The notes under the pieces were generated by a model that saw only the letters and a list, made by a program, of their open reading frames with translations, was not told where the DNA came from and made no database searches. A stretch of 62,974 nucleotides of DNA, filler included, from Chrysochromulina tobinii (taxonomy: Eukaryota), in NCBI GenBank assembly GCA_001275005.1. It is 6 parts of 6 records of this genome, joined end to end, with 100 filler letters (N's around TTAATTAATTAA, not from the genome) between each part and the next. Parts side by side here need not be neighbours in the genome. Positions count along the whole stretch, not along the records: positions 52,068 to 56,800 come from JWZX01001450.1; positions 56,901 to 62,974 come from JWZX01001466.1; 4 more parts are not named here. One strand, written 5' to 3'. Of the stretch, positions 55,077 through 62,974 are shown in pieces; position 1 is the first letter of the stretch; each line of letters begins with the position of its first letter. The translations under genes were made by a program, and so were the position numbers.

Positions 55077-56659
55077 CCTCGCATGACAAGGGCGCATCCC
55101 ACCGCCGCTCTTCGCGTGACGGCTCCTCGTCGTGTGGCCGCTCCTCGTGTTCCCGATGGAGGGGCCGCCCCTCAAGAGCCTTCTAGCCAGGCCGATGACA
55201 TGGAAGGGGAGGTCAATGAGCTTCCGCTGACTGTCGGCATGATCATCTGCGCGCACGCAGCTCAGCACCACCTGGTCCATGCTGTGCTCGTAAGCCTTTG
55301 AAGTGCCCGATAGGAAGCTGATAGTCGACTCTCCCCGGTGGACTGACCTCTTGAAACGAAATCCAAACAGCACCGGCTTGCGAATCTCATTAGAAGTCTC
55401 GGGCTCGGTCGGCTTCTTGAAGTCGAACTCCTCGCCCATGCCTACGAAAGCGTACATCTCCTCAACCGGACTTCCCATCCCGTTCGACGTGAAGAATATT
55501 TGTCCGAGATTCAAGGCTCGCCTCGAGCTGTGACCGACATCTTCTGGGACGTCCGGATCGGCATCTTCATCGCCGCGTCGGACATGAACGCCTCCCGAGT
55601 AGATATACGCACGCGCAAAGCCTGCTGCCTTCAGCAGATGGTTGCCCGATTGGAGCAACCCGAGGTCAGGGATCACGTGTGTAAGCAGCCCTCGACGTTC
55701 GATCACCTTCGTCGAGTTCAGCAAGCTACGACCATGTACTGCGGCGACTGCTCCGAGGCCGGATCGCATCGCAAGCGGCTGGAGGTCGGCTGGATCTTCC
55801 TCCACAATGTACTTGAATTGGGCATCCAAGTTGACGACCTCGACAGGTAGAGGGGTGCCTGGAATACCCTTGGGGTTGGGGAGCTCCCATTGAATGTGTC
55901 CAATTTGCTGGCCACTTGAACTTGTCTCGAGCTTCATGATCTTGCCGTAGACGCCCTTCTTCACCACAGTGCTGTCGTCCATGTGAACGAGACGACGTAC
56001 GTGGTGGATGCGGACACAAGCGAGATCTTTGGCCACGAGCTGCTTGGCGCCTTCAGTGAAGTGATTGCGTCTTCTAGCCTCTTTGCCGCCCATCGTGAGC
56101 GAGGCATGCTCTGTGTGACTCCCAAAGATGCCTTTGCCAAGTTGGAGCTGCTCTCCAAGGGAGACTTGGCTTCAAAAGACCCGACTATTATCGAGACTGT
56201 CCTCATCTCCCTTTACGCCCAGTTCTTCTATGCTCTTGCCAGCACCTTTGAGGTGAAGTTCCGCTCACTGCATAAATCACCCCCAGCCGTCCTCGCGGAG
56301 ACGAAGAAGGAGCTCCTTTCGGCGATGGCTACCGGTGCGGCGTTCATCCGCAAGCACTTGCTGTGGCTGCTCCGCCCGTCAGATGCGGTTAAGGGCGTGC
56401 TGTACAGGATTATGGAGAAGCTAGACGAGCTCAAGATGGTCGCGGTTGCCTCGATGAAGGTTCCTGACAAGGCCAAGAGCAACCTCCAGTCTGAGATTGT
56501 GGGGGCAGAAGTTCTCGAAGAGCAGCAAGCAGACAAAGGCAGCGGGCGCACTCGCAAAAAAGATGGGATTAACCAATTCTCACCTACGCCAGCCCCGCCT
56601 GAGCCTCGCGAGAACCACGTGAGACGACGGCCGCTTAGCCTTGCAGACTACATGGCCCG

Positions 56660-56800
56660 CGGCGGTAGCAGCAGCGGTAGCGGCGGCGGCGGCGGTAGCG
56701 AAGGCGGAGGCGGCGGCGGAGGCGGCGGAGGCGGAGGCGGCGGCGGCGGCGGCGGCGGCGGCGGAGGCGGCGGCGGCGGCCGCAGCGGCAGCGGCAGCGG
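56660..56800 (+). repeat. (GGC)n microsatellite at contig end
   Basis: Seen directly in the sequence. Confidence 0.9.
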
Positions 56801-56900
56801 NNNNNNNNNNNNNNNNNNNNNNNNNNNNNNNNNNNNNNNNNNNNTTAATTAATTAANNNNNNNNNNNNNNNNNNNNNNNNNNNNNNNNNNNNNNNNNNNN
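56801..56900. other. Artificial assembly spacer
   Basis: N-run, TTAATTAATTAA, N-run. Confidence 0.99.
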
Positions 56901-57142
56901 GGGTATGTGGTCGCCAGCGAAGCCAGGACCTCCATCTCCGCGCCCGCAAAAAGAAGCAGATTTTCGTTCAATTTCGTCAAATTGTGTTCGCGAGTAAACT
57001 CTCACACTGACGTGCCGCATCGTGCTGAGCAAACGTTTCCGAGACACTCACACTGACACGCTCTCGCCAGATTCCGCGAGCTTGCGGAACGGCGCTCGCC
57101 GCGTTGCACACGACAGTCCGCGACGGGCAGTTGCTGCGACTG

Positions 57143-58042
57143 ATGAAGCTCCAGTCGATACGAGGATGCATCGTCGCCGCGCTCTCTGTCGGGGTGCCGC
57201 TCTACAACCGTGGAGATCCGCAGGGCTGCTTTGAGGCTTACGCAAAGGCCGCCTCAGAATGCTTGGCCTACAGTAGCGCACCGGCTCTCAAGGAGAGCAC
57301 CTCTCGCATCCAGGCCACTCTGTCGAGAGCGCTCGACTTGACCAGTGCCCAGAGCTCGGCAGAGGAGCGCGCATGGACGATGCGACGTGCGCTGGACACT
57401 GTCCTCGAAGAGATTGCTGCGACAGAGTCCCCACGGCCTACGTCGTCGGCCAACCAGCCACAAGTCCAGCCATGGCCACTCGATTTCACCCGTCAGGATG
57501 CTGCCGACGCGTGGATGGCAGTCGATGATCGAATCATGGGAGGGTCGAGCCGCAGTCGAGTGGTCTTCGAAAACGGCGTGAGCGTCTTTGAGGGCGTGCT
57601 CATCGAGCAAGGAGGTGGATTTGCCAGCGTGCGCTGCGCACGGCTCGTGAGCATCCAGGACGTGGAGGCCCTGCGGCTGAAGGTGAAGAGTGATGGCAGG
57701 GTGGGCTATAAGCTCACCCTCATGGGTGATCACGCCCCGCGCATCTCTTATCAGATCCTCCTCGACACAGCCAACGAGGCAGTCGACGCGGACGGCTTCG
57801 CTGATCTCGTGCTGCCTCTGGACGAGTTCAAGCCGTCCTTCCAGGGCCGGCCGCTGCGGGACGCCCCTCCGCTCCGGGACGCGAAGATTTGCTCGCTGGG
57901 GCTGATGCTCTCCCAATTCGCGGCGGGAGGAGGCGAGGTGGCAGACAAGAGGGGCTGCCCTCCGGGCAACTTTCGCATCGAGCTCAAGCAGCTCGCAGCT
58001 GGGAAGAGCGAGCTTGCGATCAACGGACGGCGATGGGTGTAA
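57143..58042 (+). CDS. CIA30/NDUFAF1-family protein with N-terminal helical domain
   Basis: WMAVDDRIMGGSSRS, GGGFASVR, SDGRVGYKL, FKPSFQGR, SLGLMLS, FRIEL. Confidence 0.85.
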   Translation: MKLQSIRGCIVAALSVGVPLYNRGDPQGCFEAYAKAASECLAYSSAPALKESTSRIQATLSRALDLTSAQSSAEERAWTMRRALDTVLEEIAATESPRPTSSANQPQVQPWPLDFTRQDAADAWMAVDDRIMGGSSRSRVVFENGVSVFEGVLIEQGGGFASVRCARLVSIQDVEALRLKVKSDGRVGYKLTLMGDHAPRISYQILLDTANEAVDADGFADLVLPLDEFKPSFQGRPLRDAPPLRDAKICSLGLMLSQFAAGGGEVADKRGCPPGNFRIELKQLAAGKSELAINGRRWV

Positions 58043-58541
58043 CACGCTGTCGCTGATGTTCGCGTGGGATGCGGGTTCGGTATAAAGGGTAAATCGCGAG
58101 ACGTACTACAGAGTAGGAAAGGTGGCCCCACCGCGATTGGCACGCCTTTCGTAGCGGTATTCCGTTTGGCCCGGGGGCGGGCCCGGCGCCCCGGCGGCCG
58201 GCGGGCGCCCCCGCGCCCCGGGCGGCCCGGGGCGGCGCGTTCCGACCCGTCCCCGCGAGACGCCGCACCGGCAGACTGAGACCGTCCACGACCGGCGCAG
58301 CACGGGATAAACCACGGGTTGCGACGCCTTCCGACGTTAACGTAAACTCTCCGCACTCCGGTGTGCGGCGGTCGTAGCACGAAGTATCTATCTCTCGCGC
58401 CACTTCAGGCGAGGGAGCGAGGCAAGCACGAGTCAGAACACCAACGGAATACAGGTGCATGAGTCCACACTCAGAAGCAATAGAGGCACGTTCTCGCCCG
58501 CTGCCGCTGGGGTCTGCTCTGCTCCTCTCCTCTCTCCTCTC

Positions 58542-60537
58542 TCAGGCATAGGCGCTTGGCGGCGCGAGCGAGCGCGGCGAGATGGGGCGACCGAATTTGT
58601 CGAACTTGTCGAAGTAGTCATACTTCTTGTGCTGCTGAGGCTGCGGCGGCGCAGGCACGCGTGGAGAAGGCCAGGCCGTGCGTGGCTTCGCACCGCGCAC
58701 GGGCGGTAGCGGCATCTCAGCGCTGTGTTGGGCGGCCGTGCGCGGCGGTTGGTGGCGTGGCCACACGGGTTGATCGTACACCGATCCAACGGTCGAGCGG
58801 ATGGGACGGTGTGGTGGCGGCGGCACGGCGGCAGGGGCGGCGCGCTCATCGTGCGGCGGCGCGTCGAACAGCGCGTACGGGTTCTGCCCAGCGTTCTGCC
58901 CAGCGTTCTGCCCAGCATATGGATCCAACGGATGCAGCAAAGGGGGCACCACGTCGTCTTGGGCGCCCATCGGCTCGCCGAGCGCAAGCCTTGCGGCTGA
59001 GAGTGAGCTGAGCGAGGGAGCCCCGAGCGGCCCTAACGGCTCCCTACCTAACGGCTCCCTGCCTAACGGCCCGCGCGTAAATCGCTTCGGGCGCGTCGCG
59101 TAGATCTGCCATGGCAAGTTGCGGTTGAGCCCGAAGGCCGAGAGGTGCTGGACGACTGATTGGACGGCTTCCTCCCGGAGCATCTCTGCATCGGCGCTCA
59201 GAGCGCTCGCGACTCGCTGCTGCTCCCTCGCATCGGCGCTGTGTTGGGCGAGCCACCTGTTCTCGAGCGCCTGCATCTCTTGCTCACGCGTCACACGCGC
59301 CTGCTCCCGAGAGCCGAACGCGCTGTGGTGAGCACTTGCATGCAAGGCAGGTGGTCATCAGTGGCAATCAACGCGCCTGCTCCCGAGAGCCGAACGCGCT
59401 GTGGTGAGCACTTGCATGCAAGGCAGGTCATCAGTGGCAATCAACGTGCCTGCTCCCGCGCCTCTACGCGCACCGCCTCGTACATCGCCTCGAGCTCCTC
59501 ATCGGTGGGGGGTGGGGGCAGGCTAGCAATGGCCGCCTCCGCCTCCGCGCGCGCCGCTGCCCTCTCGGCCTCCAAGAGCGGCGTGAGCAGCGGCGCGATC
59601 GTCTCGTACGCACGGTGCTCCTCGGCGTACAGAGCATGCGTCGAGAACTTGTTCATCGAGAATCCCGCCGCACGACCAACCTTACCATACGGGTTCTCGA
59701 CTATCTCCTCCTCGGGAACGATGGGCTGTTGGGATGGCTGCTTCGGTGGCGGCTTCGGTGGCGGCTTGCCCGCCGCGTTGGCCGCAGCTGCCTTATCGGC
59801 CTTGGCCCGCTCAGCCGCCTGCTTCTGGGTGGGAGGCGGCTTGTATGTCGCGTGCTTGGGCTGGGCGCCGGGCTTGGCAGGCGGCGCGACCGCCGCGGCG
59901 GAGGCGCTCGCCTTCGGGGGCGGCTCGGCGGGCTTGCTGGGCGCCGTGCTGGGCGTCGAGGTGGCGGCGTTCGACACTCGCGAGGCGCGCTTCGGATCTC
60001 GCCTAGATCCGGGTCGCCCCCTTCCACCTCGCTCGTGGCAGCGGCGGGCTTGGCGGCGGGCTTGGCGGCGGGCTTGGTGGAGGCGAGCGGCGTGTCGGCG
60101 ACCGTGGGCTTGCTCACGGCGGTGCGCCCTCCTCGCGTCTTTGGCGGCTCCATCGGCGGCGGCGCCGGCTTGGCTGCTTGGGCGGATTCTGCTAGCTGCG
60201 GCGCCGGTTTCGTCGTCGCAGCAGCAGCTATCGATGATCCCAAAATTGATGGATCGGGACTGGACGTGGTGGCCGCCACCAGCGGCCGGGTCGCCCTGCT
60301 TTCAGTCGGCGAAGCCGCCTTGGAAGTTTGGCTCGGCGGAGCCCAAGAAGGTGTCTGAGGCCGCTCGGACAGCAGCCCGTCCGATACGTCGATGTCGAGT
60401 CTCAGCTTTGGCGGTGCACCGCCGGCCGGCGTCGGAGTGCTGATGCGCAGGGAGGTGTTTGCACCGTATGCGGCCGTATAGTCGTCGGCTATGGCTGGCG
60501 GCCTGCCCGAGTCGTCGACGTACTCGTCGTCCGGCAT
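58542..60537 (-). CDS. Pro/Ala/Lys-rich hypothetical protein; GC-AG intron(s) 59301-59449 and a frameshift near 60030
   Basis: Three same-strand ORFs chain together; splicing gives EAREQ|ARVTREQEM in frame. Confidence 0.6.
59295..59458. repeat. Tandem 76/73-bp introner-like units
   Basis: Two copies of ...GTGGTGAGCACTTGCATGCAAGGCAGG(TGG)TCATCAGTGGCAATCA, with three copies of ACGYGCCTGCTCCCG bounding them. Confidence 0.85.
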
Positions 60538-60925
60538 TGCGTCCGGGCGCGCTCGAAGTCAACAATCGCTCGCCAAGTTGCTCAACACCTTCTTGCTCGA
60601 CCGTTCACGAAACATGCCGCGACGACGCTCTTGTACAGTACTTTGTAGCATGGGAATGCTCGGGAAACCAACGGTGCGGCACGCCTGTCATGTACGGGTT
60701 AGAAGACACCGGTGGGAGCCGGAACCGTTTGGGAGAGATTTACAGAACGGAAGAGATAGAGAGTCAAGTCAAGCAAGCGCCGGGGGCACCCTACCGTCGC
60801 GTGTGCCGCGCGAGTCCCCGCCGTTGGCGTTGCCGGGACCCCGCATGAACATGGCACGGAAATCACAACGATTCACAAATCATCTACATTAGTACCTAAC
60901 TGAAAATAAGTGTATGTATCACGTC

Positions 60926-62089
60926 TCACCACGAGATGGTGAGCTCGTGATGGAGCGGGTGGGCGCCCTGCCCCATGTACCTGCGCAGCAGCTCCCTGAC
61001 CTCGCCGAAGTCGACGTCGCGCGGGATCTCTTCCGTGCGGTTCTTCGAGTGCAGGTCGTACTCGGCAAAGTGGAGCACGAAGGCGGCCCGCGAGACGTCG
61101 CCGTCGGAGGCGACGTGCTCGCGAAAGGCAGTGGCCTCTTGCGGGCTGACCACGTCGCCATCGACAAGCGTGACCAGCCCCTTGAGACGCGCCTGTAGCC
61201 GGGTGCGCGTGCTCGGTGAGGCGTGCCGGACGTACACCTTCTCCGCCTCATCACGCACCGAGGCGAGCTCGCGAAGCGAGTGGAACTTGCAGATGTCGAG
61301 CACGCGCTGCGGCAGCTGGATCAGCCCGAGCCGTACGTTTGCCAACAGCTTGTCGTGGCCGAAGCGGTCGTGATTGTATTGAAATTGAACAGCGTCCAGG
61401 CCAGATGCCTTCGCGCCGTACGCGGCGACGGCCACCTGGTCTGCGGGGTCGACCTCATATGCGGTCACGCGATTCATGCAGTCGACGTTGCCATCGGCCT
61501 CGCCAAAGAGCGAGAGGCTCTTGCCGAGGTCGTGCACCAGTGCGCCAACGAGCATGTCGTCACGGTATTGGGCGTCCTGCTCGAACCGCGGGTCGTGCGC
61601 TGCGGCGTTCTTGACGGCTCGGTACACCTGCAGGCAGTGGATGAACTGGCTCGTATACATGAGGTGCGCGTCGGTGTTGTCGATGGTGAAGTGGAGCAGC
61701 TTGAGCAGGTCCACGGAGCTCACGTTACCCAGCAGCGTCGTGCTCCATTTCTGAGCGAGGCCACGCCGCGACTCGAGCGTCTGCTTGTTGTGCACGCGGT
61801 AAACGTCCTCCACGTGCGCCCCCCACTCGTTTGTTTCGAAGCGGCTACCGTTCGGCTTCAGGTAGATGGCGTTGTTGAGCGTCTTCACAAGGGCCGGATG
61901 GTGCATGAGCTCTTCGACCCTCTGAACGTCTTCTCCCTTCTCAGCGGCCCACACCCGGAGCTCATCGAGCCGAAGCAGCACCTCCGCCTTCCACTGCACG
62001 CTGCTGCCGTCAGCAGACCGTGAAATTGGCTGCAAGGAAATTCTAGGTTCTCGCACCGTCGCTGACACAAGAAACATGAACACGTTCAT
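60926..62089 (-). CDS. MIOX: myo-Inositol oxygenase-like HD-domain protein
   Basis: HNKQT, IDNTD...QFIHCLQ, LVHDLGK, GLDAV...NHD, LP...KFHS, YDLHSK. The 5' end may have further exons. Confidence 0.7.
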   Translation of the reverse strand: MNVFMFLVSATVREPRISLQPISRSADGSSVQWKAEVLLRLDELRVWAAEKGEDVQRVEELMHHPALVKTLNNAIYLKPNGSRFETNEWGAHVEDVYRVHNKQTLESRRGLAQKWSTTLLGNVSSVDLLKLLHFTIDNTDAHLMYTSQFIHCLQVYRAVKNAAAHDPRFEQDAQYRDDMLVGALVHDLGKSLSLFGEADGNVDCMNRVTAYEVDPADQVAVAAYGAKASGLDAVQFQYNHDRFGHDKLLANVRLGLIQLPQRVLDICKFHSLRELASVRDEAEKVYVRHASPSTRTRLQARLKGLVTLVDGDVVSPQEATAFREHVASDGDVSRAAFVLHFAEYDLHSKNRTEEIPRDVDFGEVRELLRRYMGQGAHPLHHELTISW

Positions 62090-62634
62090 TCTTGCAGGGC
62101 AGCGTCCGACAAATTAGGCAACACCTAATTCTAAAAGATCGACAAATTAGGCAATACCTTTCTCTTTCCAATTTCACGTTGGAGCTCCAAAAGCCGAAAT
62201 GCGGGACGAATAGGGGTCAGCCAAATCATATTCACTTGTGTTCACTTGACTACAACGCGCTGGCCTATTTCTGGCACGGACCACGGACACGCGCGCTGCT
62301 CAAGGAGATCATCAAGCATAAAACGGAAGAGCACGATGACGAAGAGCACGATGACGATGACGAGGATCTGGGCTTGGGAATCCGGGGGAGCAGGGCAGCG
62401 GATCGGTAGGATAGGGGGAGCAGGCGGCGGCAGGTGCGGCAACTATTTGTACAATTATACCAACGAGCAAAAACAGCAATAGGCAATACCTCGTGAAGAA
62501 CCACCGGTGAGCGGAGCCATACGCCCACGACCTCGACGGAACTCGAGATCATATACCCTCGCGACTAATACACCCCCCAGTCGCGGCCAAGCGTAGTCGG
62601 CCCCGGCACGCTGTACAGGTACTTCACACCGAAC

Positions 62635-62974
62635 CTAGATGGGCTTCGTCACAGTCCACTTCAATTCGTTAAAGCTGACGTTCACGTGTTCCCTGATTTT
62701 GAATTCATCCACTGCTCGAATGACACCGGGCCAGGCACGATGATAGTCGTCGCCGATCATGACGCCGCCTTTGCGGATTACCGGCCACCAGGCGGCCAGG
62801 TCGGCCGCCACGTCCACGTATTCATGTGAACCATCGAGATGCAGAATGTCGATGCTCACGGGAGGTTTCATCACTCTGAAGTACTGTGCGGCCATGAGTG
62901 AAGGCGATGGGAAGGGAACTACTTGGTCTTGAAGACCTTGATGAACCACATTCGAGAGGAAGTTGTAATACACG
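62635..62974 (-). CDS. Class I SAM methyltransferase (Methyltransf_24-like), partial
   Basis: IDILHLDGSHEY..V.ADL..WW..IRKGGVMIGDDY...WPGV..AVDEF. Confidence 0.85.
   Translation of the reverse strand, partial: VYYNFLSNVVHQGLQDQVVPFPSPSLMAAQYFRVMKPPVSIDILHLDGSHEYVDVAADLAAWWPVIRKGGVMIGDDYHRAWPGVIRAVDEFKIREHVNVSFNELKWTVTKPI

Larger units (their letters stand above)
53848..56800 (+). pseudogene. Spliced hypothetical gene (intron about 54179-54438) broken by an internal inversion at 55248-56006
   Basis: Plus-strand acidic and Ala-rich coding sequence, then minus-strand coding, then plus-strand coding again; re-inversion restores the frame. Confidence 0.55.

Noticed and set aside
54597..56093. 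498-aa minus-strand ORF as a stand-alone gene with a CGMR/CDGR-repeat tail
   Set aside because: The tail is the antisense of the Ala-rich repeats; the core is better explained as an inverted segment.
58165..58260. Nearly pure G/C palindromic tract
   Set aside because: Hairpins are expected at this composition; no RNA-gene features.
6159..62629. 12-mer GGTACTTCACAC at 6159, 10883, 16348 and 62618
   Set aside because: Two copies belong to the duplication, and the others have no consistent position relative to genes; compatible with chance.
1..62974. tRNA, rRNA or bacterial operon signals
   Set aside because: None recognised; introns and gene content indicate eukaryotic nuclear DNA.

Overview
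GC-rich, gene-dense eukaryotic nuclear DNA, not bacterial. It has short GT-AG and GC-AG introns, MED31, an SR-type RRM protein and a DHHC enzyme, and the repeat style suggests a haptophyte alga (Chrysochromulina-like; inference). Five 100-nt artificial spacers (N-run, TTAATTAATTAA, N-run) split the window into six contigs. About 30 genes or gene fragments are supportable: a GPR155/LYCHOS-like PIN-transporter plus 7TM fusion, an MsrA-esterase-PDZ fusion, class 3 lipase, MED31, an MTHFR-like protein, SVOP-like MFS, PDK-like kinase, DUF1810, S9-like hydrolase, BT1, an EGLN-like hydroxylase, DHHC, JmjC, MBL hydrolase, DUF985 cupin, CIA30, MIOX-like and a methyltransferase. The standout structure is a 1.65-kb cassette (40129-41773): a lone intact tyrosine recombinase gene enclosed by ~200-bp inverted repeats whose outer tips are identical 11-7-11 dyads resembling loxP/FRT/dif-type sites. 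Other notable signals are a ~760-bp intragenic inversion whose reversal restores one ORF, an identical 28-bp element ~40 nt upstream of two unrelated genes, two back-to-back repeat-derived GC-AG introns with no exon between them, a directly duplicated RRM/zinc-finger unit flanking the MsrA fusion, and a Gag-like ORF with a long hydrophobic extension. All family calls are motif recognition by eye; no searches were run.
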